NCBI GenBank assembly: GCA_033763315.1
Contig: JANRKS010000007.1
Span: forward strand, 224,001 to 288,000
Length of the DNA stretch: 64,000 nucleotides
Direction of reading: 5' to 3'
Origin: Deltaproteobacteria bacterium
GTDB lineage: Bacteria > Myxococcota_A > Polyangia > Fen-1088
Made by a program: the position numbers and the translations under genes. The notes beneath the pieces were generated by a model. The model was not told the DNA's origin, searched no databases, and was given only the letters and a program-made list of their open reading frames with translations. Positions 8,617 to 17,890 of the stretch are shown one piece after another. Each line of letters starts with the position of its first letter. The stretch's first letter is position 1.

Positions 8617-10242
8617 CTAGGGCCCAAATATCTGAAGCTCCGCAAAGCCGGGTTCCAAACTTTCGTCTCGGATGCTGCTGAAACGAACAGCGACGGCACC
8701 CGCAATGGGAACAGGCAGAATCAAATCGATGTCGCGATCTGGCTCTGGCAGTACCACAGTCGTGCGCCATAGCACAGTGTTGTTTGCTCCATAAACCTCG
8801 AACGTGCCTTCGAGGAAATCATAGCCGCTGGCATATTCGCGATTGCCGCGCATCGCAATGCGAGACACGGTTTGCGGAACCGCAAACGTCAATTGGTACC
8901 AAGGCTTCATCGTGCACGAAGTGGAGCTCGCGCAATCGCCGATGGCGGAGAACCAGCTCGTCTGCAGATTGTTGTCTGCGCCGCTGGCGGTGGACCACTG
9001 GGCGGCGTTGTATTGCGAGCTGGAAGTGGCACTCGCCCCCTCAATGCGCGACAGATTCTGCCCCACGTTGAAGATCTTCCCTCGATAGGCGCCCTTGCTG
9101 TTTGATACCGTCAGCGGGCCCGACGGCATGCCCGCGGGCAACGTAAACTGCAGCGTTTCGCGCGAAACGCCCACCCAACTCACTGTGCCCGCACCGATCG
9201 CTTGAATAACCGTACCGTTGGCGTCTTTGATCACCACTGGTTCAGCGGCGAAGTTGCTGCCCACAATGTTGATCGTGGTGCCAGGCAAAGCATTGTCGGG
9301 CGAATAATCCACCACCAACGGTGCGCCGGGGGCCGGATCAATGGTGAGGTAAAGCGTGTTGGTTCGCGCCGCAGCATTCGCCGGATCGGCGAGCCACACC
9401 GCTGTTAACCCTTGCGTGATCGTCAACGATTCAGGCACCTGCGCTTGCACGGAGGTCGACGAAACAACAGTCGTTGGCACCGCTTGGCCATTGCAGACCA
9501 GCACCCAATTGGCAGGCACGTTCGCCACCGTGGCTGTCAGCGTGAAAGGCACGTTCACGGTCGCACGCAAAGGCGAAACGGCGCTGAGCTGCGCAAACAA
9601 CACGCCACCGTCGCCCGAAAAATCGGCGTCTGTGCCCGCGTCGAGCAGCGTCCCGGCGTCGTCACCCGCACCACCGTCAACAACAACGTCGTCGTCGCTT
9701 TCTTCAATGAACGCCCACTCACCCGAGCCGGCAATGTCGCCATCGAACAAGAATGAATTGGGCGGGTAACCACGTTCAGGACCTGCGGGCGCAACCAAGC
9801 GCGCCGGGCCACGACGCACCCAAACCGTTGCGTTTTCTTCGGCGCTAACGACGGCATAGCGACGCCGCATGGCGGGCGCGGGCAAAGCTTGGCGCATGCG
9901 CGCGGGCATAACGAACTCCACGGCACGCGTTGCGATCTGCACAGTGCTGCCGAGTGGCTGCTGCTGGCCACGCATCACGGGTTCAGACGAGCGCACCGTG
10001 ATCGAGCGACGTTGCGGCAAAGCACCCGCCGGGAACGACACGGACAACGATCGCGGCCCCACGCCCAACGTCACGTCTTGAGCCACCGGCCCCACGTCAA
10101 CGATCGCTTGACCCAACACGGCTCCGTTGGGAGGCGCCACACCACCGTCATCGTCACCCGAGCAAGCGGTAAGCCCAACCGCAACCAACGCGGCCATTGC
10201 CGCGCAGTTAACGTAACCCTTCATGCGCTTCATGCGCGCCAC
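8617..10242 (-). CDS. Lipoprotein with IPT/TIG domains and C-terminal discoidin (F5/8 type C, CBM32-like) domain
   Basis: Lipobox LTAC. PGTTINIVGSNF is IPT-like. ATSSSQY...ADNNLQTSW...PWYQLTF...AELQIFG is the discoidin pattern. Confidence 0.8.
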   Translation of the reverse strand: MARMKRMKGYVNCAAMAALVAVGLTACSGDDDGGVAPPNGAVLGQAIVDVGPVAQDVTLGVGPRSLSVSFPAGALPQRRSITVRSSEPVMRGQQQPLGSTVQIATRAVEFVMPARMRQALPAPAMRRRYAVVSAEENATVWVRRGPARLVAPAGPERGYPPNSFLFDGDIAGSGEWAFIEESDDDVVVDGGAGDDAGTLLDAGTDADFSGDGGVLFAQLSAVSPLRATVNVPFTLTATVANVPANWVLVCNGQAVPTTVVSSTSVQAQVPESLTITQGLTAVWLADPANAAARTNTLYLTIDPAPGAPLVVDYSPDNALPGTTINIVGSNFAAEPVVIKDANGTVIQAIGAGTVSWVGVSRETLQFTLPAGMPSGPLTVSNSKGAYRGKIFNVGQNLSRIEGASATSSSQYNAAQWSTASGADNNLQTSWFSAIGDCASSTSCTMKPWYQLTFAVPQTVSRIAMRGNREYASGYDFLEGTFEVYGANNTVLWRTTVVLPEPDRDIDLILPVPIAGAVAVRFSSIRDESLEPGFAELQIFGP

Positions 10243-10251
10243 TATACGCCG

Positions 10252-10614
10252 TTAGGCGATCGGTGTCAGCGCACGGGCCAGGTAGTGTTCGATGCGTGCG
10301 GCGGCGTCTGGCGTGAGGGTCGTAAACTTAACGCCCATGCCCAACTCTTCGTCGGCGTCGATCGCCACCACATCGCCTTGCACTTCAATGGCTTCGGCAT
10401 CGCCCGGCAGCGTGAAGCGCAGTTTAATGGGTGTGCCCACGGCGATTGGAATCGTCTTGTCCAGATGAAGCCCACCCGTGGAAAGGTTGCCGGCGCGGCG
10501 ATACACCCTATGGTCGTCCGCCAGTTCCTCAACCCACATCTCCACGGGCACCCTGTGGCTCCGACGACGTTCTGCGCCACTTGCCGTACTTCCTGCGGGC
10601 GATTGCTCACTCAT
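10252..10614 (-). CDS. PilZ domain protein (myxobacterial TIGR02266-like)
   Basis: ERRRSHRVP (RxxxR), NLSTGG (D/NxSxxG) and GMGVKF. Confidence 0.9.
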   Translation of the reverse strand: MSEQSPAGSTASGAERRRSHRVPVEMWVEELADDHRVYRRAGNLSTGGLHLDKTIPIAVGTPIKLRFTLPGDAEAIEVQGDVVAIDADEELGMGVKFTTLTPDAAARIEHYLARALTPIA

Positions 10615-10730
10615 GAGGCCACAATGTAGCCCTCGGGTGGCGCGAGGTCGAACCAAAGTTGAGCCGCCGGCATCAAACCCTCGTAAATAGCGGCGCCCTT
10701 GCGTGCCGCGGCTTTACTCCCCGGGGCACT

Positions 10731-11528
10731 ATGCAAAACAGCATCAAAGTGAACGACCTTAAGGCTTTGTTGACCGCGCAAGACACGCGGGCGATGAGCG
10801 CGGCACAAGCGCCCCGTTTGACACCCCCTGTCCCTGCGCCTAGCTTTCGCTCCGAACCCGGTACAGCCACCATGGACGTCGTGCGTTACTCCGAAGCAGA
10901 TCTGCCCACCGTGTATGGGCCGTTCCGGCTTTACGTCTATCGAGAGGCGCAAACCTCCGGGCAGCCCTCACCGGGCTCCACCAGCCTTGAGCATATGGCC
11001 ATCGTGCGCGGCGATCTGCGCGGCCAAGAAGCGGTGCTCTGCCGCATCCATTCCGAATGCTGGACCTCTGAAGTCATCGGCTCCATGAAGTGCGATTGCC
11101 GTGAGCAGCTTGAGGCGGCACTTAAACGCGTGGCCGCCGAGGGCAGCGGCGTGGTGGTTTACTTGCGCCAAGAAGGCCGCGGCATCGGGTTGGGAAATAA
11201 GATCAAAGCCTATGCGCTGCAAAACGAAGGCGCAGACACCGTGGAAGCCAACATCGCGTTGGGCTTCGAGGCAGACTCACGCAACTACGACCTCGCGGGC
11301 GCCATCTTGAACGATCTGGGCGTCAAGTCCGTGCGTCTGATGACAAACAACCCACTCAAGATGGACGGATTACGCCAAGCCGGCGTGGAAGTTGTGGGCC
11401 GGCAAGCACACTGGGTGGCGGAGAACCGCTACAACGCACAATACTTAGCGGTCAAGCGCCGCAAGATGGGCCACCACGCTGACAATTCGCCGCGCCTTCT
11501 TGCCTTGCCAGGTGCTAAAAAGCCGTAG
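10731..11528 (+). CDS. ribA: GTP cyclohydrolase II
   Basis: RIHSECWTSEVIGSMKCDCREQL, YLRQEGRGIGLGNKIKAYALQ, LMTNNPLK. Confidence 0.95.
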   Translation: MQNSIKVNDLKALLTAQDTRAMSAAQAPRLTPPVPAPSFRSEPGTATMDVVRYSEADLPTVYGPFRLYVYREAQTSGQPSPGSTSLEHMAIVRGDLRGQEAVLCRIHSECWTSEVIGSMKCDCREQLEAALKRVAAEGSGVVVYLRQEGRGIGLGNKIKAYALQNEGADTVEANIALGFEADSRNYDLAGAILNDLGVKSVRLMTNNPLKMDGLRQAGVEVVGRQAHWVAENRYNAQYLAVKRRKMGHHADNSPRLLALPGAKKP

Positions 11529-11548
11529 CCCCCACGGAGGGTACAGCC

Positions 11549-12643
11549 ATTTCCAGCACCGACGACATTCGCAAAGCCCTTTCAACAGTCATTGATCCCT
11601 GTTCTGGCCTCGACCTTCTGACCGCCGCTGTGGTCAAAAACATCGAAGTCGCAGGAGGCAAAGCCTCGCTGCTCATCGAGCTTCCCATCCCTGTTGGGCC
11701 AAGCGCAAAGAAGCTTGAAGCAGAGGTGGTGGCTGTGGCCAAGAAAGTGGCTGGTGTAGATGCCGCCAGCGTCACTTTCTCCGTTGTGATCCCGTCACGC
11801 GCTTCCGCCACGGCCGGCGGCTCGATGCCGCAGGTGAAAAACGTTGTCGCCATATCGTCGGGCAAAGGCGGGGTGGGTAAATCCACCGTTACCACAAACC
11901 TGGCCGCGGCTCTGCATGCGCAAGGCGCGCGCGTGGGGATCTTGGATGCCGACATCTATGGCCCTTCGGTGCCGCAAATGATGGGCGATCCGGATGTGTT
12001 TGCTTCGGGCAACCAAGCGTCCAAGATCACGCCGGCCGTTCATCACGGCATGAAGATCATTTCCATCGGCTTTTTCTTGGAACGCGACCGGCCGGTGATT
12101 TGGCGCGGCCCCATGATCCACAAACTGCTGCAGCAGTTTATTGAGGATGTGGATTGGGGAGAGCTTGATTATCTGTTCATCGATTTGCCGCCAGGCACAG
12201 GTGACGCGCAATTGTCGTTGTCGCAGCTTGTGCCACTGACTGGCACCGTGTTGGTCACCACGCCGCAAGAGGTGGCGGTGCTGGATGTGGAAAAGGCCTT
12301 CTCGATGTGGAAGAAGGTTGAAGTGCCTGTGTTGGGCGTGATCGAGAACATGAGCACCTTTGAATGTCCCACGTGCCACCATGTGGAAGAGATCTTCTCC
12401 AAAGGTGGGGGGCGTGACTTGGCTGAACGCGAGGGTGTGACGTTCTTTGGCGCCGTTCCTATCCAATCGTCGGTGCGCATGGCTGGTGACGGAGGAAAGC
12501 CCATTGTGCTCGCTCACCCTGAGTCAAAAGCCGCGGACATCTTTCACGAGATGGCAAGCAACTTGGCGTGCACCTTGGCCGCGCGCAACCGCCCAAGTCC
12601 AGGCGGTGGCATCCGCAGCGGCAAACTCACGTTGATTCGCTAG
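11549..12643 (+). CDS. mrp: Mrp/NBP35 (ApbC) Fe-S cluster carrier ATPase; probable ATT start
   Basis: SGKGGVGKSTV, DADIYGPS, WRGPM, DLPPGTGD, ENMS..CPTC. The N-terminal MIP18/DUF59-like segment (DDIRKALSTVIDP) lies upstream of the first GTG (11630). GGAGG sits 8 nt before ATT 11549. Confidence 0.9.
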   Translation: MSSTDDIRKALSTVIDPCSGLDLLTAAVVKNIEVAGGKASLLIELPIPVGPSAKKLEAEVVAVAKKVAGVDAASVTFSVVIPSRASATAGGSMPQVKNVVAISSGKGGVGKSTVTTNLAAALHAQGARVGILDADIYGPSVPQMMGDPDVFASGNQASKITPAVHHGMKIISIGFFLERDRPVIWRGPMIHKLLQQFIEDVDWGELDYLFIDLPPGTGDAQLSLSQLVPLTGTVLVTTPQEVAVLDVEKAFSMWKKVEVPVLGVIENMSTFECPTCHHVEEIFSKGGGRDLAEREGVTFFGAVPIQSSVRMAGDGGKPIVLAHPESKAADIFHEMASNLACTLAARNRPSPGGGIRSGKLTLIR

Positions 12644-12647
12644 TGGC

Positions 12648-14711
12648 TCAGACGCGGCGCAAATCGTCCTGAAACGGCGAGATATTGCCCGCGTTTGACA
12701 GCCACAACAGGACCGCGCGCGCTTCGAGCCATTCGTCTAGGCACACTTGCAGAAAGCTTGGTGACAAAGCGCTTACGGCGTGGCCCTCCCATTCGAAATC
12801 CGCCACGCCTTGGGTCATCGAACGCAAGCCCGTGGTCACCATTTGATCGCGCGCACGCCATGCGCGCTCAACAACCAAAGCCAACGCTTGCGGAAACTCT
12901 CGCCGCTGTTGAACGCGCGTGGGCACGGCCACTTCATCTAAACCCACGGCCCACAACAGCCAGCACAAGCCCGCCCAATCCGCGCGGGCGCGCCCTATGA
13001 TGCCGCTGACGCCCAAAAGCGGCGGCAAACATTCATCGATCTGCACAACCGTTTGTTCGGCTTGCCCCTGCTCGTCTTCATCCTCGATGATTGCCTCGCC
13101 CTTGTGCAGCGACGCGGGGCCTTGCGGTAAGAACGCCGGCAAATGCGGCGGCGCCCACGCAACATCGGCAACACCAAACCTTGCCAACGCTTGTCGCATC
13201 GCGAGCAACCGCGTGGCGTATACGCTTGCCACCTGCAACACAGCTTCGAGAGGTTGGGCCACTTCCAAAGCAACCGCTTCGTCCAGTGGCAAAAACGCGT
13301 GCAAACGCGGGGCAAATGCATAGGTAGGCCGAAACACCGCCAACGTTTCGTCGAAAAAAGATGTCGCGTCGGCAGAAACCGCGGCGAGCCGCTGCAGATC
13401 CGCGCGCAGGCCGGCATCATCGCCCCGCTCAAGAAGCGTCAACGCCCGGGTGAGATAGCCGCGCAAATCATCAGGCACGAGGCGCACACACGCTTCGCTC
13501 AAGTCGCGTGCGGCGGCTTGCCACGCGGGCAGGGCCGAGCAAAGCAAACGCAACACGTGGTGTGTGTGGGCCCCTGTCACAAGCGCGTCCAGCAGTTTCA
13601 CCACGTCTTGCACATCAGCGCACGCTTGCGCTTCTGACACCTGAGCCGCTTCTGACTTTGGCAGCACCGCCGCGCCCACTTCACGCATGAAGCCTTCGGC
13701 GTCAGCACCGGCAGCCACCGCTCGCGAGCGCGCCACGATCCATTCACGCAACCGTCCTTGGGCTCGCAGTTCGGACGCCAAGGTCAACCATTCGCTCTTT
13801 GAGCGCGCCTCATCAGCGAACGCGGCGCTTTGTGTGATCACGTCGTCCGTTACGGCTAAGCCAAGATCGCGCGCCCACAGCACCGCGCCTTGAGGCGTTC
13901 GCAAGGACCAAGCGCCAACGCTTTGTTTATGATCAAACTCGCCTTCAATCCACGCCTTTGCATGCACAGCGGCGCCGCCCCACGCCTGCACCTCTTCGCC
14001 TTGCAATAGCCGCCGCCAGGGCCCATGCGGGATCGCTTCAAACTCATCGTGGCGCAACAAGCTGGTGAACTCCACCACCTCACCGTCGGCGCCGAAGCGC
14101 CGCGTGGACACGCGGCGCCCTTGCTCATAATCGACCTCTTCGTCGAGCCGCCCGTCGGCGCCTTCTTGTCGCCACCACGACCACGTGCCCGTGCTGTTGC
14201 CGGTTTGCGGATCATGAGCGCCATCGAACCAACGCCGTGTGCTTTCATCAAAGCGCGCTTCGTCGGGCACATGTCGAGGCCGCGGCGGCCGGCGGCTGCC
14301 ATCGGAGAGCAGCACGTGACCTTCGTCGTCAAAGAACGTCTCGCCACGCAACCCACCCTGCTCGTAGCGCGCTTCCATACGAGTGGCTCCCGACGGAACA
14401 CAACAGCCGCGCAGTGGTTCTCCCCGGCCATCGCCGCTGGCGTACGCCACCACGATGCCGTCTAGATGACCGTTAATGTAGAAGCCCTCGCGCGCCACGC
14501 GACCATCCGGATGAAACCGTCGGAAGGGGCCACGCAATTCGCCGTGATCGTAAAAGGCTTCGAAGGCCAAGCTGCCTTCCGCACGCCACGCGCGCACGCT
14601 GCCGATGGGTAGCCCCTGCAAATCGTGGCTGCGCTCTTCCCATTGGCCGGACTCCGGTGACCAATGGGCCGAGGGAGGAACCGCATCCGGGCGAAGCAAG
14701 TCGTCGGACAT
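12648..14711 (-). CDS. MORN-variant (YwqK-like) repeat protein with helical/TPR-like C-terminal region
   Basis: Repeats such as YDHGELRGPFRRFHPDGRVAREGFYINGHLDG, followed by an Ala/Leu-rich helical C-terminus. Confidence 0.7.
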   Translation of the reverse strand: MSDDLLRPDAVPPSAHWSPESGQWEERSHDLQGLPIGSVRAWRAEGSLAFEAFYDHGELRGPFRRFHPDGRVAREGFYINGHLDGIVVAYASGDGRGEPLRGCCVPSGATRMEARYEQGGLRGETFFDDEGHVLLSDGSRRPPRPRHVPDEARFDESTRRWFDGAHDPQTGNSTGTWSWWRQEGADGRLDEEVDYEQGRRVSTRRFGADGEVVEFTSLLRHDEFEAIPHGPWRRLLQGEEVQAWGGAAVHAKAWIEGEFDHKQSVGAWSLRTPQGAVLWARDLGLAVTDDVITQSAAFADEARSKSEWLTLASELRAQGRLREWIVARSRAVAAGADAEGFMREVGAAVLPKSEAAQVSEAQACADVQDVVKLLDALVTGAHTHHVLRLLCSALPAWQAAARDLSEACVRLVPDDLRGYLTRALTLLERGDDAGLRADLQRLAAVSADATSFFDETLAVFRPTYAFAPRLHAFLPLDEAVALEVAQPLEAVLQVASVYATRLLAMRQALARFGVADVAWAPPHLPAFLPQGPASLHKGEAIIEDEDEQGQAEQTVVQIDECLPPLLGVSGIIGRARADWAGLCWLLWAVGLDEVAVPTRVQQRREFPQALALVVERAWRARDQMVTTGLRSMTQGVADFEWEGHAVSALSPSFLQVCLDEWLEARAVLLWLSNAGNISPFQDDLRRV

Positions 14712-14765
14712 CTAGGCAATCTACTGCACCAACGCGGCCAGATCACGCGTCGAGATCGCACACGA

Positions 14766-16472
14766 TCAAGGTGGCGGGTTGATTGGCGCCAGGCCCGCAC
14801 CTGTGGGCTCCACAACTTGTGGCTCCGGCGCGGGAGGTTCGGCAGGCGCGATCGGGGCCGCAGCGGCCGGATCGGGAGCGGGCGCGACGTCAGGCTCGAT
14901 CAACGGGCGCGCTGCGTTTGCGACGACTTGCGGGGCAGGCGCCTCGACGGGTGGCACACCTTTGGGCGCGCGACGCAAGCTCAGCACCGCTGAAAGATCG
15001 CGGTCGGGCACAAAGGGCTGCACCGTGTCCGCGAACCCTTTCTTGCGCAGCACCAATTGCATCGCGGTCGCGCCCTTCTTCACTTTGATAAGCGTGGGAG
15101 TCACCCCCAGCACGCGGCCTTGCTCATCAATGACGTCGGCACCGCGTGGGTGCGTCTCCAAGCGCACCTCCACCCAAGTCTCGCCAACCGGCGCAAGAGG
15201 AGCCGGTGCGGGCGGCGCCACCACAGCCGCCGGCGCGGGCGCCATAGGTGCTGGCTGCGTCACCACAACAGGAAGCGGCGGCGCTGACGGACCTCCCGTG
15301 CGCAGCGCAAACACGGCGAGTCCTGCAGCCAAGGCCACCCCACCCGTGAGGGCGAAGATCTTGTTTTGCCGTGAGGATCGCGGGTCGGATTCCCGAGCGC
15401 GCTTGGCATCCGTACCATCCACGAGCACAGGAGGAACCGTGCGTGATTTGTTCGGCTCCACATGTTGAGAGGCAGGCAGATCGGCCCATGAGGATGCCTC
15501 ATCCACTTGCGCATCAAACGCGCCGGCATCAACGCCAAACAAATCATCCAGCAAGCGCGGCAGGGCGCCGGCAGCGAAATGCGCGTCGGCGAGATACGTT
15601 TCGAGTTCGTCAGCCATCTCCTTGGCGTTGCGGTACCGACGTGAGCCGTCGCGTTCAAGCGCGCGAATGGCAATGTAATCAAGCGGCGTGGGCAGTTCCG
15701 GGCGCTGCATGGACGGCGGCATCACCGGACGATCCATCACGTTCTTCATCGTGTTCAATTCGCTTTTGTCGAAAAACAAACGCCGTCCCGTCAGCATCTC
15801 CCAAAAGCACACGCCAAGCGAAAACACATCAGAGCGGCCATCGATCGCGTCGCCTCGGATCTGCTCGGGGGACAAATAACTGAGTTTGCCGCGAATGAAG
15901 GCGTCGCTGCCCACGGGATCGGAATCCACGGGTTTGGCCACGCCCACTTTCGCGATGCCGAAATCCAACAGCTTCACACCGCCCGCACGGAGCAACATGA
16001 TGTTCGAGGGGCTCACATCGCGGTGAACGATGTTCAACGGCTTGCCACCCGCGCCGGTAAGGCTGTGCGCATAGTGCAAGCCCAGCGCCACCTGCTGCGC
16101 GATAAACGCCGCGACGGCTGGATCCATGCTTTTGCGGGTGGCGCGCAGCTGCCGCATCACCGACAGGAGATCCTTGCCGCGCAGATACTCCATGCTGATG
16201 AAGTAGCTGCCGCTGATCTGCCCGAAGTCGTAGATCTGCACGATGTTGGGGTGGTTCAACAACGCCGACACGCGCGCTTCGGAGACGAACATGTCGATGA
16301 AGTCTTTGGACTGCGACTTGTCTTGCAGGATGCGCTTGATCACGAAAACGCGCTGAAATCCCTCCACCCCGTGCGCGACGGCGCGAAACACCTCCGCCAT
16401 GCCGCCCCGTCCAATGGACTCAAGCAACATGTACCGCCCGAAGCGTTCACCGGCGGGTCTTTCGTGCGACAC
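14766..16472 (-). CDS. Membrane Ser/Thr protein kinase with periplasmic PEGA-like domain
   Basis: IGRGGMAEV, VIKRI, HRDVSPSN, DFG, YLSPEQ, a TM helix, then ETHPRGADV..LGVTP (PEGA). Confidence 0.93.
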   Translation of the reverse strand: MSHERPAGERFGRYMLLESIGRGGMAEVFRAVAHGVEGFQRVFVIKRILQDKSQSKDFIDMFVSEARVSALLNHPNIVQIYDFGQISGSYFISMEYLRGKDLLSVMRQLRATRKSMDPAVAAFIAQQVALGLHYAHSLTGAGGKPLNIVHRDVSPSNIMLLRAGGVKLLDFGIAKVGVAKPVDSDPVGSDAFIRGKLSYLSPEQIRGDAIDGRSDVFSLGVCFWEMLTGRRLFFDKSELNTMKNVMDRPVMPPSMQRPELPTPLDYIAIRALERDGSRRYRNAKEMADELETYLADAHFAAGALPRLLDDLFGVDAGAFDAQVDEASSWADLPASQHVEPNKSRTVPPVLVDGTDAKRARESDPRSSRQNKIFALTGGVALAAGLAVFALRTGGPSAPPLPVVVTQPAPMAPAPAAVVAPPAPAPLAPVGETWVEVRLETHPRGADVIDEQGRVLGVTPTLIKVKKGATAMQLVLRKKGFADTVQPFVPDRDLSAVLSLRRAPKGVPPVEAPAPQVVANAARPLIEPDVAPAPDPAAAAPIAPAEPPAPEPQVVEPTGAGLAPINPPP

Positions 16473-16660
16473 TGGTAGTTCATCTCATCGACGGGCGCGG
16501 GCAATTTCTTAATATGATTATGTAACCAAAACTACACTTCTTGAACAAAGGCAGTGACGCGCCTAACCATCAAAGGAGCAAGGCTCCCATTGCGGAAAGC
16601 TTTTTTGATGGGTGGCCGTGGAATGCATCCACTGACTGGTGCATAAACAGGGCACAACTA

Positions 16661-17890
16661 ATGAACACTAAGTTGCTTAACGGGCTGAGGTACGCGGCCT
16701 GGCTGTTTGTTGCGTGCCTCGTTGGGCCGGCGTGCTCTGTGTCTACCGATGGCCTCTACGCTGGTAGCCAGGAGCCAGAAGACGCGGCCGTTGTGCCCGT
16801 GCCCGACGTGATGATGCCACCGCCGGGCACCGGGACGGCGTGCGCGAAGAACACTGATTGCGCCAGCGGCTTTTGTGCAGAAGGCGTGTGCTGCGATAGC
16901 CCGTGCTCCGCCGGCTGCTCGTCGTGCAACTTGCCAGACCTCAAGGGCCGCTGTTCACCCATTCCGCCTGGTATGGCGCCGCGCCTTGAAAACGCGTGCC
17001 GCAAAGAAGCAACGCAGACTTGCGGCTTCGACGGCACCTGCGACGGCATCGGCGGCTGTCGCAAGCACGTCCAAGGCACCGAGTGTGGCCTGTCGTCATG
17101 CGCCAACAACACAGAACAACCGGCCTCTAAATGCGACGGCGCGGGCACCTGTGTCAGTGACGCGCCGAAGCCTTGTGCGCCTTACATGTGCAGTGTTCGC
17201 GCTTGTTCCACGGAATGCCGGCGCAATGCGGATTGCACGCCCGATACGCTGTGCGTGAGCCGTAAGTGCGAAAAATACGAAGGCGCCATCGCGATGTACA
17301 ACGACAGCTCCCCCTCGGTCGATGGTGTGGGTGACGATCAGGTTTGGAGCCGTGTGAACACGTGGCTCGACATCAAGAATGTTGTCTCGGGAACCGTGGG
17401 CAGCACTGAGGATCTGACCGCCCGCATGAAATTGATGTGGACGCCCTTGGCTTTGTTCGTGTTGGTTGAAGTGAACGATTCGTTCTTGACCAACGACAGC
17501 GCTGAAGCCACACGCGACGACGCCGTGGAGATTTTTTTGGATCTCAACCGCAGCAAGGGCGAGACGTACGATGGCAAAGACGATCTTCAGTATCTGTTCG
17601 GCTGGAACGACAATGATTTCACGGAAACAAAACTCAACAAGCGCCAGGACGTAACGTGGGCCATCCAAACCGCTGGCAACCGCCGGTCCTATACCTTGGA
17701 AGCCCGCTTTCCATGGTCCACAATCGCGGGCCCAGCCCCGGCGGCAGGTTTACGAATTGGCTTTCAAGTGGTCATTGATGATGACGACGATGGGGCCGAT
17801 CGAGACGCGCAAGTGGTGTGGTCGGGCACGCGCACTGATTCAGCCACGCGCCCGGCGTCGTTCGGCGACCTGTTGCTCAACGGCCCCTAG
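16661..17890 (+). CDS. Lipoprotein with Cys-rich repeats and C-terminal CBM9-like (DOMON-like) sugar-binding domain
   Basis: Lipobox GPAC and CASGFCAEGVCCDSPC-type repeats. CBM9-like motifs PSVDG, LFVLVEVND, DAVEIFLD, YTLEARFPW, IGFQVVIDDDD. Confidence 0.82.
   Translation: MNTKLLNGLRYAAWLFVACLVGPACSVSTDGLYAGSQEPEDAAVVPVPDVMMPPPGTGTACAKNTDCASGFCAEGVCCDSPCSAGCSSCNLPDLKGRCSPIPPGMAPRLENACRKEATQTCGFDGTCDGIGGCRKHVQGTECGLSSCANNTEQPASKCDGAGTCVSDAPKPCAPYMCSVRACSTECRRNADCTPDTLCVSRKCEKYEGAIAMYNDSSPSVDGVGDDQVWSRVNTWLDIKNVVSGTVGSTEDLTARMKLMWTPLALFVLVEVNDSFLTNDSAEATRDDAVEIFLDLNRSKGETYDGKDDLQYLFGWNDNDFTETKLNKRQDVTWAIQTAGNRRSYTLEARFPWSTIAGPAPAAGLRIGFQVVIDDDDDGADRDAQVVWSGTRTDSATRPASFGDLLLNGP

Noticed and set aside
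12648-14711. Toxin-antitoxin system suggested by YwqK-like repeats
   Set aside because: No adjacent toxin or secretion gene. MORN-variant repeats alone are not diagnostic.
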